A program made the position numbers and the translations under genes. This document shows, piece after piece, positions 51,001-63,746 of a stretch of DNA of 64,000 bases (positions are counted from its first letter, which is position 1; each line of letters begins with the position of its first letter). Below the pieces are notes generated by a model. That model saw nothing but the letters and a program-made list of their open reading frames with translations. It searched no databases and was not told the DNA's origin. The stretch spans positions 55,492,001 through 55,556,000 of the forward strand of contig CM059432.1 in assembly GCA_030390025.1 (NCBI GenBank), given 5' to 3'. The stretch comes from Squalus acanthias. Lineage: Eukaryota.

Positions 51001-51759
51001 TTTAATCTTAGACCCCCTCATCATCCACGACCAACTGCACCTTCAGCTGACTTCAACACCTCAAAAAAATCGACAAGAGTTCCATGTGCACATTTGCACT
51101 TTCTAACTACTATTACTAAATCTCCACCCTTTCTTCTTTTCTCCAGGGCCCTCACATGAAGAAAACAAGCCCCTGACCAAGGCATCGCTCATCTCCTGCA
51201 GTCTGCTCTCCCGCAGACCAATAGGATTAATGTGCCCCTGCTCCAAGGGACGGAAGTTAGTGGAACGGGTGCAGTAGGTGGAGACCTTTCTCAGGATGTC
51301 AGCAAGTCGCATCGATTGCCACCCCTTCAAACAATACCCGACATGGTGCCTGAACACCAGCTGCCCCAGACTCTCCCGGCAGAAATCTAGGAACAGCGGT
51401 CTGTAGCAGAGCCTCATGAGATGCTTGCAGCCAAACAGTCCCAGGAAGATGCACAGCAGCCTATCACCAGCTCTGCTCAAGCCACTGTGGTTGCACCTCG
51501 TAGAATTGGTCGACCTAGGAAGGCACTGGTTAAAAAGGCACTTAGGGTTGACACTTATGTATTTCATTATTTGGCGTGGAACTATTTGCTTTCTTGTGGA
51601 CATTAAAACCTTTTTCACTTCCGTCACTTCTGTTTGCACTGTGCTTTGAATGCAAGTTCTGTGTCTGCCTTGTCATTATGTGCTTGATGTGAAAGTTGGT
51701 TCAATGATTTTAAGGTGAAAAAGTGAAGGTATCCAAAATAATGGAGTGAAGGTTGCAGG

Positions 51760-53195
51760 ACATAAGAACATAAGATCATAAGAAATAGGAGCAGGAGTAG
51801 GCCATTCGGCCCTTCGATGAGATCATGGCTGATCTTCTGCCTCAACTCCATTCACCGGCCTTATCGCCATATCCCTTGATGCCCTTACTAGTCAGAAATC
51901 TATCGACTTCTGTTTTGAATATACCCAATGACTGAGCCTCCACAGCCCTCTGGGGTAGAGAATTCCAAAGATTCGCCACCCTCTGTGTGAAGAAATTTCT
52001 TCTCATCTCAGTCCTGAATGGCCTACCCTTTATCCTGAGGCTGTGGCCTCTGGTTCTAGACTCCCCAGCCAAGGGAAACATTCTCCCAGCATCCACCCTA
52101 TCAATCCCTGTAATCATTTTGTATGCTTCAATGAGATCCCCTCGCATTCTTCTGAATTCAAGAGAATACAGGCCTAGTTTACTCAATCTCTTCTCATACG
52201 ACAGTCCCGCCATCCCAGGAATCAATCTTGTGAACCTTCATTGCACTCCCGCTATGGCAAGTATATCCTTCCTTAGGTAGGGAGACCAAAATTGTACACA
52301 GTACTCCAGGTGTGGTCTCACCAAGGCCCTATATAATTGGAGTAAGACTTCTTTACTCCTATACTCAAATCCTCTTGTAATGAAGGCCAGCATATCTTTT
52401 GCCTTCTTAATGGCTTGCTGCACCTGCACATTCACTTTCAGTGACTCATGTACAAGGACACCAGGTCCCTTTGAGCATCTGCATTCCCCAATCTTTCACC
52501 ATTTAGGAAATACTCTGCCTTTCTGGTTTTTTCTACCAAAGTGGATAACTTCACATTTATCCACATTATATTCCATCTGCCATGTTCTCGCCCACTCACT
52601 GAGCCTGTCGAGATCCCCCTGAAGCCTCTTCACATCTGACACTGACACCGAGCTTTGTATCATCAGCAAATTTGGAAATGTTACATTTAGTCCCCTCATC
52701 CAAATCATTGATATAGATTGTGAATAGCTGGGGCCCAAGCACTGATCCTTGCGGTACCCCACTAGTCACAGCCTGCCATCCTGAAAAAGACCCGTTTATC
52801 CCTACTCTTTGTTTTCTGTCTGTTAACCAATCCTCAATCCATGCTAGTATATTACCCCCAATTCCATGTGCCTTAATTTAATTCACCAACCTCTTGTGTG
52901 GGACCACATTGAAGGCCTTCTGAAAATCCAAATACACCACATCTACCGGTTCCCCTTTGTCTACTCCACTAGTTACATCCTCAAAGAACTCCAATAGGTT
53001 TGTCAAACAGGATTTCCTTTTCACAAATCCATGTTGACTCTGCCCAATCTTACTATTAGTTTCTAAGTGCCCAGTTATTGCATCCTTTATAATAGATTCC
53101 AGCATTTTCCCAACTACTGATGTGAGGCTAACAGGTCTATAGTTCCCCGTTTTCTCTCTCCCTCCTTTGTTAAATAGCGGGGTTACATTTGCTAT
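51760..53195 (-). mobile_element. CR1 RT to 3' end
   Basis: QHGFVK, YLDFQKAF, LEYCVQFWSP, cataagaacataag tail. Confidence 0.93.
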
Positions 53196-53249
53196 CCTTT
53201 GTGCACGGGGTTCTGGTCACAGAAGAGTGTGAGGAGAAAGAAGTGTCTA

Positions 53250-53735
53250 TGTGAAACATTGCGTTATGAGTGTATCCCTTGCATCTCAAACCGCAAGATG
53301 TTCTTCACGCCATCCATCATGTCCTCCAGTGTTCTCTTCACCATCCTCTTCCTCATCAGATGATACGTTCTGAAGGCCTTCTTCATCCTGCACCTCTAGT
53401 CCTCTCTATTGAGCGATGTTATGGAGGACACAGCATGTCTCAATGATTCTGGAGATTCTGGCAGGCGAATACAGCAGAGAGCCTGTTGACCTATCAAGTC
53501 ACTTGAACCTTAACTTGAGCATCCCAATGGCCTGCTCTATGATGCACCTTGTGGTGATGTGGCTGCTGTTGTATCTGTTCTGAGTAGTGGAGTTTTGAAG
53601 AGGTGTCATCAGCCATGGTAGAAGACAGTATCCCTTGTCCCCAAGCAGCCATCCTCTAAGATTCGTGCCAGGTTGAAACATTGTGGGGGGTGGGGGATAT
53701 TGGATTGCCTTAAAATGAAGACATCATGGCAGCAC
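53250..53735 (-). pseudogene. Harbinger DDE transposase C-terminal remnant (DDE_Tnp_4/HARBI1-like)
   Basis: HDVFIL, GWLLGDKGY, PWLMTP, YNSSHITTRCIIEQAIGMLKLRFK, stop, LDRS..LLYSP...CCVLHNIA, acidic tail. Confidence 0.9.
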
Positions 53736-53736
53736 A

Positions 53737-54410
53737 TGAGATCACATCTTATTCTTCTAAACCCCAGAGAATGTAGGCCAATTCTACTCAATCTCTCCTT
53801 TAGGATCGCCCTCTCATCCCAGGAATCAATCTAGTGAACCTTTGTTGCACCCCCTCAAAGGAAGTATATCCTTCCTTAGGTAAGGAGACCAAAACTATAC
53901 AAAATACTCCAGGCGTGGTCTCACCAAAGCCATTTATAATTGCAGCAAGACTTCCCTACTCTTACAGTGCAACCCCTTGCAATAAAGGCTAACATACCAT
54001 TTGCCTTCCTAATTGCTTGCTGTACCTGCATGATAACTTTCTGCGATTCGTGTACAAGGACCCCAAATCCCTCTGAATATCAACATTTACTAGTCCCTCA
54101 CCTTTTTAAAATATTCTGCTTTTCCATTCTTCCTACCAAAGTGAATACCTTCTTGGCCAATCATTTAACCGGTCTATATTACTTAGCAGCAATGTTCCCC
54201 TAATTTTAAATTTGGGTGCACTTCCCATTCCAAGCATGCGTGAAATGTCACATTGGAAAAGCTGGTCCCCGGGCTGCGCGGCCACACAGCTTAAAGTGAA
54301 CGTTGCTTTGCAGTCTCTTTGCGCCTCCTCACAGCTTACTTTCCCACCTAGCTTTTTATCGTCAGCAAACTTGGATATATTGCACTCAGTCCTCTTATCC
54401 AAGCCATTGA
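53737..54410 (-). mobile_element. CR1 fragment carrying a hAT MITE
   Basis: SKFADDKKLGG; gagaccaaaactatacaaaatactccagg (LEY..FWS on minus). Confidence 0.85.
54190..54305. mobile_element. hAT MITE related to 14765-14898
   Basis: caatgttcccc / gtgaacgttg termini; 8-bp TSD cttagcag / ctttgcag. Confidence 0.75.
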
Positions 54411-54866
54411 TTTTTTTTTAGTAGTCATTCACACGATGTGGGCGTCGCTGACAAGGCCAGCATTTACTTCCCATCCTAATTGCCCTTGAGAAGGTGGTGG
54501 TGAGACGCCTTCTTGAACTGCTGCAGTCCGTGTGGTGAAGGTACTCCCACAGTGCTGTTAGTGAGGGAGTTCTAGGATTTTGACCCAGTGACAATGAAGG
54601 AACGGCGATATATGTCCAAGTTAGGATGGTGTGTGACCTGGATGGTGTTCCCATGCGCCTGCTGCCCTTGTCCTTCTAGGTGGTAGAGGTCGCGGGCTTA
54701 GGAGGTACTGCTGAAGAAGCCTTGGTGAGCTACTGCATCCTGACTCATCTACAGTTCAATAACTTTGCTTGCTTGCTGACTACCAGGTAGGCTACAGGCT
54801 TCATCTTGTCATTTGATGAAAGACAGCTTCCGTTCTAACTAGTTATTTCTAAAACATATTTACTTT

Positions 54867-55594
54867 GGGCTGGGTTTTGCCGGGTCCCACCTGCACAGTG
54901 CGGGGGGATCTTGTAGACGGTGGGAAATCCGGAAGGCTGGGTTTCCCGGCACGCTGTGGAATTTTAACTCCACAATTTTAACTCCACAGTGTGCGTGAGA
55001 CATCAGAGACGGGTTCCTCGCCCGGACGTCAGCCTGATTGACAGGCTGGCTTCCAGTCATGCGGGGAACTCGGAGAAGGAGGCCGCAGGGCCAGGTAAGA
55101 ATGGTGGGTGGGTCCAAGCCCAGTTGGGGGGCAGTGGGGATCTGATCCGCCGGGGGTGGGGGTTGGGGCGGTCCAAGCCCAATGGGGAGGGGGATGGTGC
55201 TGGGGGGTTGGTCCGATCCCGGGAGGGCCAGGCTGATGGTGGGGGAGCTTGGTGGGCTGGGAGGAAGCACTCCTGCTCCTCCCGGCCCACAAGGATTGCT
55301 CCCCGACACTGAGGTCGCCTCGTTGCAGCCACTGGGAATCCAGAGCCCCGGGATCCCCGGCTGCCTACAGTAAAACCTGTAAAGCAGGTTAAAGCAGGGG
55401 CTTCAGGCCTCATTATAATATTTAAATTGCCAACCTGCCTCCTGGCAGCGGGTTGGCAGCCTGCACCACCCCCCCTCCCCCCCACCTGAGTGAAAGGTGA
55501 AAGTGGGCGGGTTGGGGTCGGGGTTCACATTTTTTCAACTTTCACTTCCCCCACGCCTCCAAACCACCCGTTCTTACCTCTGAAAATTCCGGCC
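54867..55594. mobile_element. Harbinger-type MITE, family C
   Basis: Termini gggctgggtttt / aaaattccggcc; TSD TTT; shares cctcattataatatttaaat with 62331-63746 in opposite orientation. Confidence 0.82.
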
Positions 55595-55920
55595 TTTGTT
55601 TCTAAAGTAATATACAAAGAGATATTATGCAAACATTTTCCAGCTTGGCAACGTGATAGAACTTAGAGCTCCCATCACAGATATCCTAGACATAATGAAT
55701 TACTTTACACTGAAAGTATTCCATCTCACAATTACAAATTCCCTTTAAAACATTGGAAGTATCAGATTGTATCTCTGATGTGAGAATGCGTTTAAATATG
55801 TGACTTCAGGAAGGTACTTGAATCAGTGATTGTGTAGCGCTACTGGTGTGGATGATATCAGATATATTCATGATGCTCGTGGAAACTTACTTTGCAAAAA
55901 TAAGTTGATGTGGGTGTAAT

Positions 55921-56077
55921 CATCGAATCTTAGAATGGTTACAGCACAGAAGGAGTCCATTCGGCCTGTTGAGCCCGTGCCAGCTCTCTGCAAGAGTACT
56001 TCAGCTAATCCCACTCCCCTGCCCTTTCCCTTAGCCCAGCAATTTTTTTTCCTTCAGGTACTTATCCAATTCCCTCT
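55921..56077 (-). mobile_element. CR1 3' UTR fragment
   Basis: Matches the tail of the 23490-24310 CR1; 13-bp TSD ATGTGGGTGTAAT (55908-55920, 56078-56090). Confidence 0.85.
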
Positions 56078-56164
56078 ATGTGGGTGTAATGATATAGCAC
56101 AAGCACAAAGCCTTATGTCTATGTTTATAAAATGCAGTCACTGAGAATTATAAAATTTTCTTAC

Positions 56165-56323
56165 TGTTATCTCCTGAGATCAAGCCAGGACTTGATGAAG
56201 TTGAAAGAGGTTGAGGTCGAGGCAAAGAAGCGCTGAAAAGATTGGATCTTCCACTATTGCTGTTACTATTGGCATTACCATTAATTCGCACAGATCCAGA
56301 TGACTGGCCATTTGCACAGGGGG
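56165..56323 (-). CDS. GREB1L: GREB1L exon D (159 nt, phase 1-1)
   Basis: (A)PCANGQSSGSVRINGNANSNSNSGRS...SPGLISGDN resembles the recalled ANG...SGDQ linker; tag| acceptor, |gtaaga donor. Confidence 0.8.
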
Positions 56324-56764
56324 CTACATAAGACATAAACAAGGACTTATGAAACAAAAGTTTACATTAAAGGTTTTAGAGAAGGCCAGATCAAATGCAT
56401 ATTGGAGTTACTGGACCTACTTAGACAAGTTTTTTATATCATTGGTACATTGACATGATGACAGTGTGAAACTGGGGTTGATTCTTTGTTCTGCTTTGAT
56501 ATCACCAATATTTAATTCAATGCCTTTTGGTGGACATGCTCCCTAATAGATCTCACATACTAGCTTTGATGGGTACTACCTGAGGAAGAAACTAGTTGTA
56601 GGAACTTCAGTGAAATGAAGAATATGAATCAGAGTTATCATACAAACCTGACTCCTAATCAAATTTTGTTTCTGAGAAATGAAAAGTAAATTCTTATTTT
56701 GCTGAAATTCTATAAATTAAATCCAATGCCACTCTGAATAGTCGAAGGGTACACCCTGGGAGAT

Positions 56765-57480
56765 TTAGAATCATACAATCATAGAAACTTACAGCACAGA
56801 AGGCGGCCATTCGGCCTGTCATGCCTGTGCTGGCTCTTTGAAAGAGCAGTTGTGCTTAGTCCCACACCCATGCTCTTTGTCCATCTTTGGAATTCTCTAC
56901 CCCAAAGGGCTGTGGAAGCTGAGTTGCTGAGTATATTCAAGGCTGAGATGGATAGATTTTTGGACTCTAGGAGAATCAAGGGATATGGAGATTGGACGGG
57001 AAAGTGGAGTTGAAGTCGAAGATCAGCCATGATCTTATTGAATGTCGGAGCAGACTTGAGGGGCTGTATGGCCTACTCCTGCTCCTAATTCTTATGTAAC
57101 CCTGTAAGTTCCTCATCCTCAAGTACCTGTCCAACTCCCTTTTAAAATTATTTATGGAATCATCTTCCACCTTCTCAGGTAGAGCGTTCCAGATCCCGAC
57201 ACCTCTCTCAGTAAAAGAAAATCTCCTCATCTCCCCTTTAGATCTTTTGCCAATGATTTTAAATCTATTGACCCACTTGCCAGAGGAATAGTTTTCCCTA
57301 TCTACTCTATCAAAACCTCTCATCATCTTGAAAAGCTCTATTAGGTCACTTCTTAACCTTCTCTGTCTAACTTTTCCAATCTATCCTCATAACTGAAGTC
57401 CCTCACCTCTGGTAACATCCTGGTAAAGCTCCTCTGTACCCTTTCTAAGGCCTTTACATCTTTCCTGAAGTGTGGACTTA
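56765..57480 (-). mobile_element. CR1 3' fragment with an oppositely oriented CR1 tail nested at about 56881-57095
   Basis: PHFRKDVKALERVQR, FTERGVGIWNALP on minus; tggaattctctacccc...cttatgt on plus. Confidence 0.8.
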
Positions 57481-58307
57481 GGTCAGTTTTTTTTATTGAG
57501 AAAGCCAGGTGAAGGGGCTTAGGCCCATTATGGTATATTTTGCTTATGGGGAGCATGGTGAACAAAATTAAATCAAGGAAAATTAGGAGCACCACGAATC
57601 GGGCACTCTCATCGAGCATGGTTCTGTGCCAGCGACACAGTCTCATAAAATGTACCCTATAATTTAAGGTACCATCATAGCTGAAAACAGTTGAAGAGAA
57701 GATGAAGTAAATCAAGAGGAAGTGATTAAGAGATGTCAAGCTTGCCGTTTTAAAACCTCAGATTGTATGAAGAAGGAAAGGCTACGAGAAGTAAGGGGTT
57801 CCATAATTTTAAGATGCTGGAAAAGAATGAGTTAGACTAGGGGATAATAAATGTCTTCATTTCAATGCAGTGGTAATACAGCAAGAAAGAAGACAAGTAG
57901 GATAGCATATTAGAAACTTAAGAGGAACAAAAGAAAAGTTCAGATGAACAATGACTGTAGTAGTATCAATAAAACAAACACAAGAAAGGTTGTTGTGTGA
58001 CCACAATTCCAAGACAGCAAAGTCAGGAGTCAGGGTGACAGTTTGAGGAAGTGCTGAGCAGCTGCAGATCACATACATTCCCAGAAGGACAATTGAAACT
58101 CTGCGAGTGAGTGACCCTCGATAATTTTCTCAAACCTCCTAGGGCCCAACCCAACACTAGTGCTGGTAGGGTTTTTTTTTTAATTCGTTTATGGGATCTG
58201 GGCATCGCTGGCAAGACCAGCATTTATTGCCCCTGTAGGTAGAAAGTTGTTCTAAAAAATGATCCACAAGATAAAGGAAAATAGAGAGAGAAATGCAGAA
58301 ACATTAC

Positions 58308-58439
58308 CTGTTATTGGAGGTTTCCCAAGGTGTTGCACGGATAGAGCCAGAGGTTTTGCTGTGTTTCCACTCCTGGATAGGTCCTGACATCCAGGGTAAT
58401 TGGCAGTCGATGATGCAGGACCATGACTGAATGTTGATT
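58308..58439 (-). CDS. GREB1L: GREB1L probable exon C (132 nt, phase 1-1), low-complexity linker
   Basis: ttgcag| acceptor, ACAG|gtaatg donor, open in the expected phase: (E)STFSHGPASSTANYPGCQDLSRSGNTAKPLALSVQHLGKPPIT; no recalled homology. Confidence 0.6.
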
Positions 58440-60271
58440 CTGCAATGTATGAATTATTATATTTTAAACTACTGTTTTATTCTATACTATAGCCTAATTT
58501 TATTCAATACTAAAGCCAAGAGGACAGTAGAGTTGAGTACTTCAGACCCTCTTCTTGATGGGGCAGCATTTTGATCACTAATCTGTTTATGCCACACCAA
58601 ATTTATTATGAGAATCTATGCCTACTATAATTGGAGGGTCAGCAAAAAACTTAAATGTTTTCCAATGACTTATATTAGAACAAAAGTAGGGAAATAAAAA
58701 TATCACTACCAGTTGTAGTACAAAGAAAAATGATTCAATATGATTAGGAACATTTTTACCCATTATGGAGTTGCATTTGTGATGAAATAACTATAGAAAA
58801 AGAAACCCTTTGCTCAGCTGTCTGCTGAGAAGTATAAAAGCTATTTTTTTATACAACACAGAATCACACAAAATTGGTTGTAGTCACCAGTAATAAAATG
58901 ATGCACAAATCTGGGAAGTTCCTCATACTCTACCACAATGTGGTACATTTTACTATGTTCAGCTATTTCTAACCAAATACCACTCCCTCCAGGTTGCACA
59001 CATCTAATTCTAGCATACCAACAGAAGGAACACTTAAATAAATGTACTGATATTCATTCTGTGAATATGCACATCAAATCAAATAGATTTTCACACAACA
59101 CACACAACTACATTTTACATTACCACCAATGGCAATGTACATGACAAAACAATTTTACTTTATGCTATGCACATATTTCTCTTTCTCTCTCCACCCCTCC
59201 CTCATGCTAAATTAATGTTTCTCTTCACCCCTCCATAGTGGTAAGCAATAAATATCAAATATCAATAAACTTGTGTCAAGGATCACAATAAAGCAAACCC
59301 CTGCGTCAAAGGGACTTCCACCATTAGTATGGTGGTTAAAAGCAGTGGCAACTGTGGAACTGAGCCATACCGACCTGAAAAAAGCTCAGTTCCCACCCAT
59401 CCTTGGTTGATGCTGACTTAGCTGATCTCAGCCAAGGCAGCAATTTGGGAAGTATAGTTTGTCTAAGCATCTCTAGGGGAAGCTCCCTCATTAAGATTGG
59501 CCACTTGGTTAGTGTCCAGTGGGAGGACCTATCAAACCATAACCCAATATAAGCCGGTGCCTTCAGGGCAGGGTCGCTGCAGCCCACAGTAGGAAGCTTA
59601 GTCCAATGATCTTTTACACACTAGACTTCAATATCAGCTACACTACTATAAGGAAGTGTCAAGTGGAGGCCAAACAGTTCCCTACAGGGATGTATGGAAA
59701 ACTAGAGAAATATTTAGCTAGGGTTATTCTTGACAAAACTCTTAGTGGCCAATTTGAAAGCAGCACAGCAGGGATCTGGGTGCAGTTCATTTGCTTGCCT
59801 TCTCAAGCATGGTGCATGATGTGGAAAAACCAAAGAAAGGGAAAACAAGAGAACATTGGGCAAACTCATTGAGCCCATACTCCCAGCAGGGTGCCGCTCT
59901 TAACAACAATGTTGCACCAATTCTCCAATCTATGTTTCCTTTGTGCAAACTGGGAATAAGGGAGTAGTGTATAGACCCTCAAAAAGAGGGAGTCTTACCC
60001 TCTTTAACAAAACAACATACAGGTTTCACTGAATTTGAAAGGAAATGTTTCTCATACGAAAAATTATTCCTGACTGCTCTCATTTGTGCATCTATCACAA
60101 AATAATACTGGTATGTCTATATGTCCATCTTGCCAAGGTGAACAGCACCAGTGCCATGCAGTAAAGTGTTTGACTGTGTTAATAATTTCAAATGGACTGT
60201 ATTCTATTGCATCACATTGCACAGCAGATTTTATTTTTGAATCCATGTACTCAGCAACCTCAAAAACCCAC

Positions 60272-60424
60272 CTGTCTGCGAGCTGGCAACCGTAGTACTG
60301 AAACCGCTGGGTGACACGGTGTCTATATTTGGAGAAGGCGATGTAGAACCAACGACTGCAGCAACTGGCTTGGCAGAAGGTAGTGCAGACGAATAACTGC
60401 TAGGTGACTGACGAGTCCGGCATT
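60272..60424 (-). CDS. GREB1L: GREB1L exon B (153 nt, phase 1-1)
   Basis: (E)CRTRQSPSSYSSALPSAKP...ASSQT continues exon A in frame (WK|ECR); tag| acceptor, |gtgggt donor. Confidence 0.85.
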
Positions 60425-61985
60425 CTAGTAACATTTCAAAGGGAGTGAATATTTATTTTTCTAATTCAGTGTCAGACCTATTGGTATTTCATTGCCATGC
60501 ATGTGATATTTGTTTTAAAATTATATCAAGGCCTCACAGTAAACAAGGTCACATTGTCATAGTGAAGCGGAGTCAGTTTCCACATGTGTGCTGATGACAC
60601 ATAGCTATATACCTCTCTACCACCTCTCTTGACCCCTCTATGGTCTCTGTACTGTCTTAGTATAACAGTGAAAAATAAATGATAATATTTGCATCCCAAG
60701 TTGTGGCCAAAAGTCTCCACAAGCAATCTCAGTTGAGCAGTGTCCCTTTATCCAAGTGCTTCTGCCTTAATGAATGGGTCCTGGCAAACTGTGCCTTTTA
60801 AATAATTATGCAAATTCTCAAGGGTGTACGACGATAAGACAGAAGTCATGGAATTTAGGATGGGTGGCATCATCCCGTCCTAACTAGGTCGTTTGCATGT
60901 GGCTGTCACGAGAAGGGCAGGCCCTTCTTCAGCATGGCCTGAACATGAACGGGAATTAAGCCGGGCACTTCTACAGTGGAACCCTGGTGTACATCAAGGG
61001 CATCAGAACTTTCTGGCCCTGCAAAGGAATTATGCTTTCCCCAACCCAGGAATTTCGGGGCCATAGTTGACCTCTCAGACTCATTTCACTTCGGATCTTT
61101 ATGGCCATCCAAGAAAAGACATTTTCACCCATCTGTCTGGAACTGGATTCAAACCCTCATTCCATAGTTAAAAGGTACAGTGTACTGACAAGCTCTGCAC
61201 AATTCAAAACATCGAGACTCAGCTACTGAAATGAGAGCCAGCTCAATCCAAGAGGCTTACATACACACAAAACAGCCAGCCACCTTACATATTATTGTCA
61301 CTGAGGTATCACTTAGAAGAAGCACAAGGTTAGGGTTAAGAGCATATTCATCACACACTGTCACCATGGAAGCAAACACCAGGCAATCACACACACATTC
61401 TGTTTAAATTAATAGAAGGAAAAGTTTAAAAGAACAGAAGGCTCCATATCAGGCATGTAATCCTCCCCACTCGATTTTGTTCTCTGCACTCCCGCAGGCG
61501 ATGCTTTACACTAGAGGTAATACAAATGTGAACAAATTTGTCTGGGAACAAATAGCTGTTTCAAATTTACACTTGTAAAAAAAATTGTAAGATCTATTCA
61601 AGTAATGTTTTGGGCTAGAGTTCAACATTGTGAGCAAGATTTGTTATTCGTAGCAACATCACAAACCCATTCTTTATACACACACTTGCATCTTGCTACA
61701 TATAACAGAGAGGAGATCTTCCCCAGCCTGCTTATAACATGTGGTTTTTATTTTTTTGATGAATGTTATTGGTTGAATAGTTTGCAAAATAAGGAGTTAT
61801 TTTTCCATTATATTTTTACTGATCAGCTCACTGGGATGAATATAGGATCACACTGAAAAAATTGAAAAGTTGGTCAGAGGCACTAAGATAAATCTAGAAA
61901 AATAATCTGAAAATAGTTGATCATTGTAGATAAAGTGGCTAAGCCACTGGAATGTACCAACCCGAGAGGCATTGTACTGAGTTTA

Positions 61986-62228
<243 letters not shown>

Positions 62229-62330
62229 CTAAGCTTCACAAAGAAAAATGTTGTTTCCTTTCAGCCTTTACTGTGGAAAGGATTTTTTTCCCCATTAAAT
62301 CCGTTAAGTCTCCAATTCCAGGTAAACATA

Positions 62331-63746
62331 GGGGGGAATTTTAACCCCAAAAAGTGGGTGGGTTGGGGTGGGTGATAGGTTAAAAGGTTAAAAATCTGTT
62401 CCTGATCCCAACCCGCCCACTTCCAGTTTTAATGGAGGTGGGCGGAGGTGAGGGCAGCCAACCCACTCCCAGGAGGCGGGTTGGCATTTAAATATTATAA
62501 TGAGGCTCCGTGCCTCATTTGAAAGCACCATTTTAAATTTAACTCTGGCTGGTCAGCTTTCGCAGGCCTCGGGGAAACCGTCAGCTAAAGTAAGTCGAGA
62601 ACTGCTGGATCCACGAGGTAAGTGCCTTTCCACATACCTGCTGGATACAGCATTGCTGCCTCACCAGCCCCCCGCATTTGGACAGCACCCCCGCCGGCCC
62701 TTCCGATCTCCCTCTGACCACCCCCCAACCACCAGGCCTCCGATCCCCCCTCCGGCCTTCCGCTCCCCCCTTAGACTCTGACCCCCCTCCAACCTCCAGC
62801 CCCTGACCTCGCCTCCAACGATCCAGCCTCCGACCTCCCCTCCATCGATCCAGCCCTGACCTCCCCTCCATCGATCCAGCCCCCGACCTCCCCTCCATTG
62901 ATCCAGCCCCCGACCTCCCCTCCATCGATCCAGCCCTGACCACCCCTCCAACGATCCAGCCCTGACCTCCCCTCCAACGATCCAGCCTCCGACCTCCCCT
63001 CCATCGATCCAGCCTTGACCTCCCCTCCATCGATCCAGCCTCCGACCTCCCCTCCAACGATCCAGCCCCCGACCTCCCCTCCATCGATCCAGCCCTGACC
63101 TCCCCTCCATCGATCCAGCCTCCGACCTCCCCTCCATTGATCCAGCCCCTGACCTCCCCATCATCGATTCAGCCCCGGATCTCCCCTCCATCGATCCAGC
63201 CCCCGACCTCCCCTCCATCGATCCAGCCTCCGACCTCCCCTCCATCGATCCAGCCCCCGACCTCCCCTCCATCGATCCAGCCCCCGACCTCCCCTCCATC
63301 GATCCAGCCCCCGACCTCCCCTCCATCGATCCAGCCCCCGACCTCCCCTCCATCGATCCAGCCCCCGACCTCCCCTCCATCGATCCAGCCTCCGACCTCC
63401 CCTCCATCGATCCAGCCCCCGACCTCCCCTCCATCGATCCAGCCCCCGACCTCCCCTCCATCGATCCAGCCCCTGACCTCGCCGACGATCTCCGGCCTTC
63501 CGACCCCCCGCCTCCCCGCCCAATCCCTCCCTCCCTCCTCTTGTGGCCTGGTGCCGCAGGCCTACCCGCCCAACAGCAGCCAGCCTCTCCATCTGGCTGA
63601 CTGCGGGCGGGAAACAGAGAATCAAAATGCTAATCAGGCCCTGCCATTAAATTCGGCAGGGCCTGAGGGAAACCCGTTCTCCCAGGTTTGCCGACCGCTT
63701 TCCAGTCCCCCCATTCCCTACCTGCCTCCAAAGTAAAATTCTGGCC
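62331..63746. mobile_element. Harbinger-type MITE, family C, with expanded internal minisatellite
   Basis: Termini ggggggaatttta / taaaattctggcc; TSD ATA. Confidence 0.82.
62790..63490. repeat. 27-bp minisatellite (tccatcgatccagcccccgacctcccc), about 26 units with 26-bp variants
   Basis: Direct reading; explains the SIQPPTSPP and MEGRSGAGS repeat ORFs. Confidence 0.93.

Noticed and set aside
53250..53735. Domesticated HARBI1 gene
   Set aside because: In-frame stops, truncated by CR1, transposon context
62790..63490. CRISPR-like array
   Set aside because: Head-to-tail repeats with no unique spacers, no cas genes, eukaryotic intron
62581..63736. Long repetitive ORFs (MEGRSGAGS, SIQPPTSPP)
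   Set aside because: Artefacts of a stop-free 27-bp minisatellite inside a MITE
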